64,000 bases of DNA from an uncultured Thermoplasmata archaeon (GCA_963719945.1 CAVRDX010000001.1:416001-480000), one strand, 5' to 3'. Shown: positions 9,228 to 19,427, numbered from the stretch's first letter. Translations and numbers: made by a program. Notes: a model not told the origin generated them from the sequence alone.

Positions 9228-10875
9228 ATGATGGGTAGCCAACCGATAATTGTGCTCAGAGAAGGAACGGAATCGACGAAGGGCAAGACTGCCCAGAGTA
9301 ACAACATTATGGCGGCAAGAGCAGTCGCCGATGCCGTGCGCAGCACCCTAGGCCCAAAGGGCATGGACAAGATGCTTGTGGACAGCATGGGTGATATCGT
9401 CATCACAAATGATGGCGCTACCATCCTTAAGGAATTGGATATTGAACACCCTGCGGCCAAGATGGTCGTAGAGATTTCGAAGACACAGGACAATGAGTGC
9501 GGAGATGGAACCACGTCCGCTGTCGTGATCGCTGGGGAGCTTCTGAAGAAGTCCGAGGCGCTCATCGAACAGAATGTGCACCCGACCGTTATTGCAAACG
9601 GATTCAGGCTCGCATCCCTGGAGGCAATCAAGATCCTCAAGGGTATCGGTATAAAAGTCTCGCCTACAGACAAGAAGACACTCAGACTTGTGGCTATGAC
9701 TGCCATGACTGGCAAGAGCGTCGGCGGAGAGCGCGACAAGCTCGCGGACATCTCAGTCGAGGCGGTTACATCTGTCTCTGAGAAGACAGATGGCACTTAC
9801 GAGGCAGACATTGACAACATCCAGGTAGAGAAGAAGCACGGCGGCTCAGTCTCGGATACGAAGCTCATCAAGGGTATCGTGCTGGACAAGGAGCGCGTGC
9901 ACCCGAGGATGCCGAAGAGCGTCAAGAACGTCAAGATTGCACTTATCGACTCTGCCCTTGAGATCAAGAAGACTGAGGTTGAAGCAAAGATCCAGATTCG
10001 CGATCCGATGCAGATGCAGAAGTTCTTGGACGAGGAAGAGAACACCATCAAGGATATGGTTGCGAAGCTCAAGAAGTCCGGAGCGAACGTGATCATCTGC
10101 GAGAAGGGAATCGATGACATGGCCCAGCACTACCTCGCCAAGGATGGAATCTACGCTGTACGTCAGGGTCAAGAGGTCCGACATGGAGAAGCTCGCCAAG
10201 GCGACCGGGGGCAAGATTGTCACGAACCTTGATGACCTGACCTCCGCAGAGCTCGGAGCTGCTGAGACTGTCGAAGAGGTCAAGATCGCAGATTCGGACA
10301 TGACCTTCGTAACTGGCTGCAAGAATCCAAAGGCGGTTTCAATCCTTATCAGAGGCGGAACCGAACACGTCATTGACGAGGTCGAGAGGGCATTGCACGA
10401 CGCACTCAAGGTCGTCGCTGTCGCGCTCGAGGATGGAATAGTCGTTCCAGGAGGAGGCGCTCCGGAGATCGAGATCGCGATCAAGCTCAGGGACTATGGA
10501 CAGTCTGTCGGCGGCAGGGAGCAGCTTGCTATCGAGGCCTTCGCCGAGGCTATGGAAGTGATTCCATGGACACTCGCCGAGAACGCTGGTATGGACTCGA
10601 TAAATGTGCTCATAGAACTCAAGAATGCCCACACGAAGAAGGCTGGACGTACTTTCGGGGTCAATGTCGAGGATAACAAGGTCTCTGACATGATCAACGC
10701 GAACGTCATCGAGCCTCTGAGGGTCAAGACGCAGGCAGTCCAGTCCGCAACCGAGGTGGCATCTATGGTCCTCAGGATCGACGATGTCATCGCTGCAAGG
10801 AAGCTCAGCCCTGCGGAGAGGGGTCCCCCAGGCGGCGGAATGGGCGGCATGGGTGGAATGCCCGGAATGATGTAA
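9228..10875 (+). CDS. Thermosome (group II chaperonin) subunit, interrupted by a +1 frameshift near 10163
   Basis: [20 protein letters not shown] tail; ORFs 9213-10232 and 10114-10875 join into [14 protein letters not shown] if one base is removed from cgtcagg (10161-10167). Confidence 0.93.
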
Positions 10876-10891
10876 ACACATACGAAACACT

Positions 10892-10924
10892 CGGAGGGGG
10901 CAACCCTCCGCAACTTCATTTTTT
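10892..10924 (+). terminator. Hairpin plus T-tract after the thermosome gene
   Basis: CGGAGGG-GGCAA-CCCTCCG followed by TTTTTT. Confidence 0.6.
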
Positions 10925-11009
10925 AATCTATGCGATTCAATCGATATGAAAAATAGGTGATAGGAGAGATGTGTCTCTCTCCACAATAGGTTTATCGAGT
11001 CCATCGATC

Positions 11010-11804
11010 TCAGTGTGCTGAATGCTTTTCCAGCCAACGATCGAGGTTCTCCAGAAGCCTGTCGAGCGATTTCTGAAGTTGAGGCTGTTCGTCAACTCTA
11101 TCCTGATGGTCTTCGATTGCGCGCAGTAGTCCTGGCGGACCTACCCTGTCATCGTCGGATGGCGGTGGCGTCACCTCTATCGTTACGACTACCTCTGTGC
11201 TCACAGAACCAGTGGCTCCATCGTCATCTGTGACAAGCAGCGTTATCTCAAAGGTTCCGTTCTCTGAGAACGTATGCGTGATGCAATCGCCCACGTAGGA
11301 CGCACCATCAGACAGACGCCACTCGAATGAGGTGATGTCTCCACCATCTGGATCATACGAGTCGCTCGCGCACAGGGACACGGTTCGGTTGACCACCGAG
11401 ACGATCTTGATCACTGCTATCGGGTCATATCCTATCTCGATGTTCACTGCCAGAACGACCTCCATCGAGGTCGTGTTCGCAGCATTCTGGTTGTCCGTTA
11501 TGTTCAGAGTTATTGTGTATGTTCCATTCGTGGCATACGCATGCTCTGAGACAATCCCGAATGTCTGGTTGCCATCTCCGAAATCCCAGGTATAGTTCGC
11601 AATCGAACCATCAGGATCCATGGACTCTGATGCGTTCGCGGTCACCGTAAGGTCAACTGTCTCGATGCTGAAGACTGCGTAAGGGAGTCTGTTCACGGAT
11701 TCCTCGTGCGCAGTCGGCTTCAGAGACGCAATACCTACAGCGGCTACGATTATCGCAGCTGTTGCTGCAATTGTCACTAGGGCTAGCTTTGTCCTTGGAC
11801 TGAT
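11010..11804 (-). CDS. Secreted/anchored protein with two PKD domains
   Basis: ASESMDPDGSIANYTWDFGDG...GTYTITLNITDN and ASDSYDPDGGDITSFEW...GTFEITLLVTDDDG; hydrophobic N-terminus; start uncertain (11804 ATC or 11777 GTG). Confidence 0.8.
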   Translation of the reverse strand: MSPRTKLALVTIAATAAIIVAAVGIASLKPTAHEESVNRLPYAVFSIETVDLTVTANASESMDPDGSIANYTWDFGDGNQTFGIVSEHAYATNGTYTITLNITDNQNAANTTSMEVVLAVNIEIGYDPIAVIKIVSVVNRTVSLCASDSYDPDGGDITSFEWRLSDGASYVGDCITHTFSENGTFEITLLVTDDDGATGSVSTEVVVTIEVTPPPSDDDRVGPPGLLRAIEDHQDRVDEQPQLQKSLDRLLENLDRWLEKHSAH

Positions 11805-11949
11805 AGTTCTCCCTCCCCGGATATGGTTGCTAATGCAGAACTCATATATGAGCCAGACCAGTCAAATCGAAGCAAATTGTTCATTGATATACGTTGGACC
11901 GGCGCAAAATTGTTCGATATGTGCGATTCTGCCCATGGCCATCAATGTG

Positions 11950-13335
11950 TCAAGGAAGCTGCGACATCCTATCTGCGACCATTGCGATGAATGCAATATT
12001 ATGGATGAGGCTTGGTAGCCAAGCGTTCTCGTTCGGGGCGTGCCCATTCGTATGTTGTAGATCGGCGTAACTATATGCCATGCACATCGGGGCATAGGGT
12101 GTGAAGAGATGGGCTGGGCCGGAGCCTCCGACCATCGGCACGATGTTAGATGGCGCTGGGGAAACGACCTCCTTCGATAATTCGTGGACCATTCGTATGA
12201 ATGGGTCGTTGACTCTACTCCTACTGGGCAGATACCCCGGTGACATCTTGACCTCTATGTCGTCATATCCCTTCTTGGCCAAATGAGCCTTCAGGAGTTC
12301 ATGGACTTTCTCGGGAGTCAGATTAGGCACTAGTCTAACATCCAATTTGGCGCTTGCTGATGATGGGACAATGGTCATGTCCTCCGGTCCTTGATATCCG
12401 CTGGTCAATCCGCTTATTGTTAGTGTGGGCATGAAGTACAGGTGCTTGAGGAGCTCGACACCTTTCCTGTCCAAAAGGGTCTTTCCAAGATTGTAATCAT
12501 CCATCATTCTCCTTGCATAATCTCCTTCGTATTCTGTGAGAACTGCGATGTCTTCATCGGATGGTCGAACAATCTCATCTTGAAAGCCTTCGACGAGAAT
12601 ATTTTCGTCCTGGTCCTTCAGAGTATTCAGTGCCCAGACCAGCCTCCATGCCGCATTCGGAACGCAAGGCGCATCTCCTGAGTGAACGTCTGTGCGTGGG
12701 AAATTCGGTGGACCACTCGTTTTGAGTTCATAGTATGCATCTCCCTTTACTCCACAGATTATTTCTGCAGGACTATCTGGCATGGATGAGATCCCTTCCC
12801 AGACCAATCCATCCGCTCTAAGGAAATCCTTGTTGGTTTCCGTGAATTCATGGAGACTTATCGAGCCTGCTTCTTCCTCTCCTTCGATCACGAATCTGAC
12901 ATTTACAGGCAATTGACCGAGCATCTCCTCTGCAAGGATTATTCCCATGAGGCTCGCGACTATCGGTCCTTTGTCATCCACGGCTCCGCGACCATAAACT
13001 CGATCTCCTCGGACTTCCATCTTCCACGGCGATGAATCCCAGAGCTCAAGCGATCCCTCTGGCTGGACATCATAATGATGGTAGAATAACAGATTCTTCT
13101 TTGCACCAATGTTCTTCTCCGCCGTGACAATGGGGTCTCCTGTTGTATCAAATATTGAGGCTTCAAATCCATATCTCACAAACTGTTTCACGAGTTCCTC
13201 TGCGCATTCTCTTAGTCCGTCTTTATCACGAGGTGAGACAGTCGGAAATTGTATGATTTTCTCCAAGAATTCTAACGATTTTAACTGGTACCTAGAAGCT
13301 TTCTCCACAACTTGGGAGTACACAAGATCTGTCAT
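11950..13335 (-). CDS. M20/M25/M40 family metallopeptidase/deacylase
   Basis: HHYDVQP, YGRGAVDDKG, IEGEEEAGS, HSG, HAPNE. Confidence 0.9.
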   Translation of the reverse strand: MTDLVYSQVVEKASRYQLKSLEFLEKIIQFPTVSPRDKDGLRECAEELVKQFVRYGFEASIFDTTGDPIVTAEKNIGAKKNLLFYHHYDVQPEGSLELWDSSPWKMEVRGDRVYGRGAVDDKGPIVASLMGIILAEEMLGQLPVNVRFVIEGEEEAGSISLHEFTETNKDFLRADGLVWEGISSMPDSPAEIICGVKGDAYYELKTSGPPNFPRTDVHSGDAPCVPNAAWRLVWALNTLKDQDENILVEGFQDEIVRPSDEDIAVLTEYEGDYARRMMDDYNLGKTLLDRKGVELLKHLYFMPTLTISGLTSGYQGPEDMTIVPSSASAKLDVRLVPNLTPEKVHELLKAHLAKKGYDDIEVKMSPGYLPSRSRVNDPFIRMVHELSKEVVSPAPSNIVPMVGGSGPAHLFTPYAPMCMAYSYADLQHTNGHAPNENAWLPSLIHNIAFIAMVADRMSQLP

Positions 13336-14302
13336 TCAATCCCTACACGGTATCGCTGACAAATCGATAATCCTTTTGTTCTAGATGCTTCATGTCTTTC
13401 TGCATAGAATATCTTGCCAATAGTATCACATTATTTTGCGTCTGGCTATTCAAACACCATAATGCGCGGGTAAGAATTTCTTTTTGAAGTTTCTTGTATC
13501 AAATCATCATAATCTTTGTCTATTATCGTGCTCAGAATTCGCTTGATATCCTGTGTGGTCATTTCATTGTCAATTTGCATCTTTTTCCTACTCTGAGGTG
13601 TGAAAATTAGCTGTGACATATACTTGCCATGCGTGGAGATGTACGGGAAGGAATATTCGATGTGACAACTATTCGGCTACTTGCAGTGATCATATGTGTG
13701 AAAGTGGATTCTTTGTGCCAAATCTGCTGGCCACGGAGCAATGGTCCAGAGAGTATTCAACTATCTGGCTAGAGCAATATGACGTAGCTGGATGTAGTGA
13801 AGCGAAATTCTTCATAGCTATACAAAGGCGCAGATATTCCCTCTCAAGACTCGTTTTATGTGTTTCTATCAGAAACTAGCCTACTGTCAATGAGCATGCT
13901 GCTCGATAGCATGCGACAATCTGTTTTGTCTGGCATGTCATGTCTTGACGTATCATGCCGTCTGCCGTTGTCGGACAAGAATATATGTGGGAGCGCTACT
14001 ATGTGAGGCAGCGCAGGTAACACAGAGGATAGATATCTGTAAGAGCTAATTTCTGCTATGTTGATTGCCCCCTTCAGGGGCAAGAAAGCGAATTTATGCT
14101 CGGATCACCGAATTTTGTCTATTTCCCCCACCCTAAAACACTACTTTTTCGGATTCCTTGATACACCTTATCATGGTTCACATTATGATTCATGTCTGGA
14201 TAGCATGCTACCGAGGGGATTGATACGGAAAACGGCAATTAATCGGGTATTTGTTGACGCTTTATTGAGGGTTCTCGAAGGAGATATGCGGCTGAGGGCG
14301 TT

Positions 14303-14372
14303 TTTGAGCCAAAATGCGACATTTTTATATAGGCTCAAACCCATGTTTCGTCGGACAATCGTCCAACGAACA
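14303..14372 (+). promoter_or_regulatory. TATA promoter of the recombinase gene embedded in two inverted repeats
   Basis: TTTTTATATA at 14322-14331 within TTTGAGCCAAAATG/CATTTT..GGCTCAAA; second palindrome TTCGTCGGAC-AATC-GTCCAACGAA at 14347-14370. Confidence 0.6.
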
Positions 14373-14376
14373 AGGG

Positions 14377-15030
14377 ATGGGAATTAGCATGCGAAAGTAT
14401 CTCAAGCAGGATGAACTGAAAGCACTGCTCGAGGCTCCTAAGCGGATGAGAGACCGATTGATCATCAAGTTGCTATACGAAACTGGGATGAGGGTCGGTG
14501 AGCTCGTAGCCTTGGCAATAGGTGACGTGGACCTCGAGTCTAGCGAGATCACGATTCAACAGGCTAAGAGGCATGTTGAGGGCCGTAAGGTTCCAATTAT
14601 CAATAGCTGGACAAAGGCAATGCTTCGTGATTATATCGGAACCCGTAAGAACAGGAGGGATCCGTTATTCGTTTCAAACAAGCGAGGCCAGTTGTCTCGC
14701 AGGCAAGTAGAACGTCTGGTTGCCAACTATGCGTCTGAGGTGGGGATTGACAAAGACAAGAGCCATCCACACGTCCTGAGGCACACTCATGCGGTCCATG
14801 CGCTGAAATCCGGCATAGATCTTAGGACCCTCCAACAAAATCTCGGCCATTCGAGTATTGAGGTCACGGCAATCTACCTTACGATGGATATTGATGACAG
14901 GAAGGAACAGTATTCGAAGCACCCTCTGCCAGGCATGGATGTCTCCGAAGAGCATGGTGTGTCTGGAACAGAATCTGTGGCAGTGACATCGAATCATTCG
15001 AATTCATTCGTGCTTTCTCCTGATGTATAG
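14377..15030 (+). CDS. Tyrosine recombinase, catalytic domain only (FimB/FimE-like architecture)
   Basis: ETGMRVGEL (R), AKR (K), HPHVLRHTHA (HxxR), LGHSS (H), TAIY (Y); begins directly at MRKYLKQDEL with no N-terminal core-binding domain. Confidence 0.9.
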   Translation: MGISMRKYLKQDELKALLEAPKRMRDRLIIKLLYETGMRVGELVALAIGDVDLESSEITIQQAKRHVEGRKVPIINSWTKAMLRDYIGTRKNRRDPLFVSNKRGQLSRRQVERLVANYASEVGIDKDKSHPHVLRHTHAVHALKSGIDLRTLQQNLGHSSIEVTAIYLTMDIDDRKEQYSKHPLPGMDVSEEHGVSGTESVAVTSNHSNSFVLSPDV

Positions 15031-15180
15031 GTGCCACATTAAAACCTTTATCTCAAACCGCTTGCGCCTAATTCTTTCTATCTCTGTGCTAAACACCACT
15101 CTTTGGGACCATTTCTTGGGGCACTTTTCACACCGCTTGCAGATAATCTATATCGGAAAAGCAACTTGTCTTAATACAAG

Positions 15181-16560
15181 ATGCAGGAAGATTGGACTGA
15201 GAAATATCGGCCCAAATCCCTTTCACAGGTCGTTGGAAACGAATCTGCGGTTAGGGCAATCCGTCGATGGGCGGAATCTTGGGCTCACGGAGTTCCAAAA
15301 GTAAAGGCTTTGATTCTCAAGGGGGAGCCAGGTATTGGAAAGACCAGCTCTGCTCTTGCACTAGCATATGATCTGAAATGGGACGTCGTCGAGATGAATG
15401 CTTCCGATCATAGGAACGCGGAATCCATCAGAAAGGTTGCTGGAATCGGCTCGATGACACAGACATTCACTTTGGACGGAGAGTTCCTTTCTTCCCATTC
15501 TGGGCGTCGTAAACTCATAATATTGGACGAGGCGGACAATCTCTTTGGCAGAGAAGATTATGGCGGGGCAAAGGCCATCGTTGACACGATTCAGGAATCA
15601 AGCCAGCCAATATTGTTGATAGCGAATGACTATTATGAATTGACCCGGAGAGCATCTGCTCTCAAGAGACTCGCAACAAGCGTCACGTTCAGACGATTGG
15701 ACCAGAAATCAATCGTTGCAGTTCTGCAGTCAATTACGCAGACTGAGAATATTACGGTCTCAATGGAAACCCTTGCGAAGATAGCATCAAACGCAGGTGG
15801 GGATATGCGAGCTGCAATAAACGATCTTCAGATGATCGTGGAAGGACGTTTTCAGCTGGATACGAAAGATACGGATGTCCTCGGCGAACGAAATCAGGAG
15901 AAAGAGATAGGCAGAGCTCTGAGGATAATGTTCGGTGCGAAGACCGTTCGCGAGGCTCAGGATGCGACGCTCAATATTGACAAGATGCCTGATGAGCTGG
16001 AGAAATGGATTGAGGAGAGCATACCCGCCGAGATGAAGAATCCAGATGATCTGGTCCGCGCATTCGACGCGCTATCGAGATCCAACATCTATCTTCGGAG
16101 GGCCAGGGCACTGCAGCATTATGGAATGTGGTCTTATGCGAAGACAATGATGACTGCTGGCGTTGCGTTATCGAGGAAATCTGGTACGCGGCCATATGTG
16201 AGTGAGTACCGTTTTCCTAGTTTCTTGATAGTCATGTCACGCGCGAAGGGCACTCGTTCATCAAGAGAGTCGATATCCTCCAAATTGGCACCGTATTTTC
16301 ATACTTCATCGAGGATGTTTGGTGAATCGATCCTCCCTTACCTGTCAAAATTGTTGGCCATGGATCAAGAGCTGATGGTGAAGTTGGCATGCGAGACCGA
16401 CCTCGACGATGGCGACATCTCGAACCTCTTGCACGTGGATCCTGATTCCAGTATTGTCAAAGCCGTCCGGGCAAAGGTCAGGGCAATCAAAGGCGAGGAT
16501 GAGGTAGTGAGCAAGAAGACTCCTAGACGAAAATCTGGGAGGAGTCTCGCGGAGTTCTGA
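15181..16560 (+). CDS. rfcL: Replication factor C large subunit
   Basis: WTEKYRPKSL, GEPGIGKTS, EMNASD, ILDEADNL, GDMRAAINDLQ; PIP-like end RSLAEF. Confidence 0.95.
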   Translation: MQEDWTEKYRPKSLSQVVGNESAVRAIRRWAESWAHGVPKVKALILKGEPGIGKTSSALALAYDLKWDVVEMNASDHRNAESIRKVAGIGSMTQTFTLDGEFLSSHSGRRKLIILDEADNLFGREDYGGAKAIVDTIQESSQPILLIANDYYELTRRASALKRLATSVTFRRLDQKSIVAVLQSITQTENITVSMETLAKIASNAGGDMRAAINDLQMIVEGRFQLDTKDTDVLGERNQEKEIGRALRIMFGAKTVREAQDATLNIDKMPDELEKWIEESIPAEMKNPDDLVRAFDALSRSNIYLRRARALQHYGMWSYAKTMMTAGVALSRKSGTRPYVSEYRFPSFLIVMSRAKGTRSSRESISSKLAPYFHTSSRMFGESILPYLSKLLAMDQELMVKLACETDLDDGDISNLLHVDPDSSIVKAVRAKVRAIKGEDEVVSKKTPRRKSGRSLAEF

Positions 16561-16574
16561 GAGGTGGGAGAGGA

Positions 16575-17501
16575 TTGAGCAGTACTATCCAGCATCTTGA
16601 GAAACAGCAATATCGCATCGTCGAAGAGACCGGTGCGGTCAAGTTGTGTCACTGGATGCGTCAACGGTTGATACATGGGAGACCCTGCTACAAGGAAGAG
16701 TTCTACGGCATCAAGACCCATAGGTGCTTGCAGATGACTCCAGCGGTGAATATATGCAATTTCAGATGCTTGTTCTGCTGGCGTTTCCATGGAATGACTG
16801 GGTTCGAGGGCGCGAAGTACCCTGAACCTGAGGAACTGCTCGAGAGGTGCCTGCAAGAACAGCGCTCTCTCGTGTCCGGTTTTAAGGGTGACGAACGATG
16901 TGATCCTAAGCTATGGGAGGAATCCCGTCATCCGAACCAGGTTGCCATATCCCTCTCTGGGGAGCCGACTCTCTATCCCCACCTGGGAGAATTCATCGCC
17001 CTCTGCAAGAGCAAGGGCATGACCACCTTCTTGGTCACCAATGGCTCGGTTCCCAAAGCACTTGCCAATCTCTCCTCTCTCCCCTCGCAATTGTATGTCA
17101 CAGTCGCAGCCCCGAACAAAGAATTGTTCAAGCGTGTCTGCGTGCCACAGTTCGATGGCGCATGGGAGAATCTCATGGAGACACTCGAATTGCTCCCATC
17201 TCTCTCGACGCGTACGGTGATAAGGCACACTCTGGTGCGCGATTGGAACCTGGGCTGGGAGGATGAATATGCTCGTCTGGATGAGATCGCATCTCCCACA
17301 TTCATAGAGCCAAAAGGGTACGTGTTCGTAGGCGACTCCAGGACCAGGATGACAATCGAAAATATGCCATCTCATTCCTCTGTGGTCGAATTCTCCAGGA
17401 GAATCGCCGACCAACTATCCCTCGAGATACTGGCAGAGCGAGAAGATAGCCGTGTGACCCTGATCGGCAAGAAGGGTTCTAAGCTGAAGATCGTGGACTG
17501 A
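16575..17501 (+). CDS. taw1: 4-demethylwyosine synthase (Tyw1/Taw1 radical SAM)
   Basis: AVKLCHW, CYKEEFYGIKTHRCLQMTP, CNFRCLFCWR, AISLSGEPTLYP, EPKGYVFVGDSR. Confidence 0.93.
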   Translation: MSSTIQHLEKQQYRIVEETGAVKLCHWMRQRLIHGRPCYKEEFYGIKTHRCLQMTPAVNICNFRCLFCWRFHGMTGFEGAKYPEPEELLERCLQEQRSLVSGFKGDERCDPKLWEESRHPNQVAISLSGEPTLYPHLGEFIALCKSKGMTTFLVTNGSVPKALANLSSLPSQLYVTVAAPNKELFKRVCVPQFDGAWENLMETLELLPSLSTRTVIRHTLVRDWNLGWEDEYARLDEIASPTFIEPKGYVFVGDSRTRMTIENMPSHSSVVEFSRRIADQLSLEILAEREDSRVTLIGKKGSKLKIVD

Positions 17502-17504
17502 GGA

Positions 17505-19427
17505 TCACTTCAGTCTGATGGTCTCCAGGTTCATCGGGGCGCGGGTCTCGATCCCGAACTTCTTGTAGAGCGTACTGGCGAGTTCAGAACACTTGTATTC
17601 CTCGCCATGGCCGATGATGATCCTCTCAGGACGCGGTTCGAGCGTGCTGACATAGTTCACCAGTTGCCTCCTGTCGGAGTGGCCAGAGAAACCATCCACT
17701 GTCTCGGTATCCATCTTCATGTGGAGGGTCAGCTGTTTTCCTTTGTCGTTGAGATTGATGTCTGTCCAACCCTTCTGGATCTTACGACCCATGGTCCCCT
17801 CTCCTTGGAAACCGACGAAGACCAGGGTATTCAGTGGGTTGTCACACCATGACTTGAAGTATTCCATGACCGGTCCGCCGTTCATCATTCCGCTCGTGGC
17901 GAGTACGATGCATGCCTCCGTGTCGTGGCATATGCGTTCTCTCATGTCTGGGCTGTCCACCCTCTTGAAGACATCAGACAGGAACGGGTTCTCACCCATC
18001 TGGAATATCTGCGTCCTCAATTGGCTGTTGAGATATTCTGGATATGCAGTGTGTATTGCAGTTGCCTCGAATATCATGCCATCGAGGTAGATCGGCACCT
18101 TGGGGACCTGGTGGTTCCTCATGAGATCTTCAAGGACGAGCATGACCTCCTGAGACCTCCCTACAGCAAACACTGGTGTCAGGACCTTACCGCCTCTTGA
18201 CAGGGCTCTGCGGATGATCTCCTTCAGCTGGCCTGAAGCATCCTGACGGCTAGGCTGCATGTCGTGATAGCCACCATATGTCGATTCCATCACGAGCGTC
18301 TCCAGTCTTGGGAATTTGTTCACAGATGCGTTGAACAACCAGGATTTCTCGAATTTGATGTCGCCCGTGAATGCTATGTTGTAGAGTCCATCTCCTATGT
18401 GGAAGTGCGCGATGGATGAACCAAGGATATGTCCCGCGTTCTGAAGGGTGAGTCTGACATCGGGCGATATGTCCGTTGTCTCTCCATACTTCAAAGGTAT
18501 AGTGTGCATGACGACGTCGCGTATATGGGATGAATCGTAGGGTGCTTTCTTGCCCTCGCCGACCGCGACTTTTATGAAATCAAGTTGCAGGAGAGACATG
18601 AGGTCCCTTGTTGGAGGAGTGCAATATACTGGTCCATCATAGCCATACTTGAATAGTACTGGCAGAAGCCCTGAGTGGTCGAGGTGCGCATGCGTGATGA
18701 TAACCCCGTCGATGGACTCGAGTGGCATCAGTTCCGGAGCGCTAAGATAGGGCGTCGATCCGTTTTCGTCGGCTGATACCGCGACACCGCAGTCTATCAG
18801 TACCTTGCTCTCGCGGGTCATTAGCAGGCTCGCGCTCCGGCCGACTTCACGGAAACCTCCCAATGCGGTCAGCCTCAGCCAGGTCTCGTCGTTCATCCGT
18901 TGCCTCATCAGCCTCCGGCCGACCTTCCTTAGGAACTCCTTTCGTTCCTCCTGGACCTTCCGAAGGTAGTTCCTGATGTCGCTGACAGTCTTGGACGGGA
19001 TCGGAGGTGCTCTCACGACCTTGGCGGCCCATCCGATCTCCTTCTTGATCTCGTTCAGGATGGCCCCGTGCTTGCCTATGACCAGGCCAGGCGATATTGC
19101 TTCGATGGTGACCTCGCCCGTGTCGTCTTCGAAGTATATGTTCGTGATCTTGGCCTCTTCAGGTATGATCTTGCGGATCTTCTCCTCTGCGCTCTCGATA
19201 TCTGCGAGTGTGCTGGGATCTGGCCGTATGGCCACGCGTCTCCGCAATGTCTGGGCCAGCAGTCGAACAAGGTCATTATTGTTGGAGAACTCGTCGAGGT
19301 TCTTTGTGTAGATGACTATGACTGGTCCTTCGAAATCTATGTCTGTCACTTCAATATGCGAGGGTATGGTCTTCTTGACCGCTTCTCTCGCATCTTCCAG
19401 AATCTTCTCTATGCCCATCTGGTTCAC
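17505..19427 (-). CDS. fttA: aCPSF1/FttA beta-CASP ribonuclease with KH domains (transcription termination factor)
   Basis: KH region PGLVIGKHG; LGGFREVGRS, THAHLDHSG, AGHILGS, MESTYGG, GFSGHSDR; adjacent to psmB as typical in archaea. Confidence 0.96.
   Translation of the reverse strand: MNQMGIEKILEDAREAVKKTIPSHIEVTDIDFEGPVIVIYTKNLDEFSNNNDLVRLLAQTLRRRVAIRPDPSTLADIESAEEKIRKIIPEEAKITNIYFEDDTGEVTIEAISPGLVIGKHGAILNEIKKEIGWAAKVVRAPPIPSKTVSDIRNYLRKVQEERKEFLRKVGRRLMRQRMNDETWLRLTALGGFREVGRSASLLMTRESKVLIDCGVAVSADENGSTPYLSAPELMPLESIDGVIITHAHLDHSGLLPVLFKYGYDGPVYCTPPTRDLMSLLQLDFIKVAVGEGKKAPYDSSHIRDVVMHTIPLKYGETTDISPDVRLTLQNAGHILGSSIAHFHIGDGLYNIAFTGDIKFEKSWLFNASVNKFPRLETLVMESTYGGYHDMQPSRQDASGQLKEIIRRALSRGGKVLTPVFAVGRSQEVMLVLEDLMRNHQVPKVPIYLDGMIFEATAIHTAYPEYLNSQLRTQIFQMGENPFLSDVFKRVDSPDMRERICHDTEACIVLATSGMMNGGPVMEYFKSWCDNPLNTLVFVGFQGEGTMGRKIQKGWTDINLNDKGKQLTLHMKMDTETVDGFSGHSDRRQLVNYVSTLEPRPERIIIGHGEEYKCSELASTLYKKFGIETRAPMNLETIRLK

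Noticed and set aside
13336-14376. Scattered TGTC/GACA words resembling the RHH-ftsZ promoter boxes; GGTAACACAG shared with 51668
   Set aside because: Mixed orientations, no phasing, and the matches are short enough to arise by chance.
13336-15030. Integron (integrase plus attC cassettes)
   Set aside because: The recombinase is too short to carry the integron-integrase-specific insertion, and no repeated attC-like sites or cassette ORFs are adjacent.
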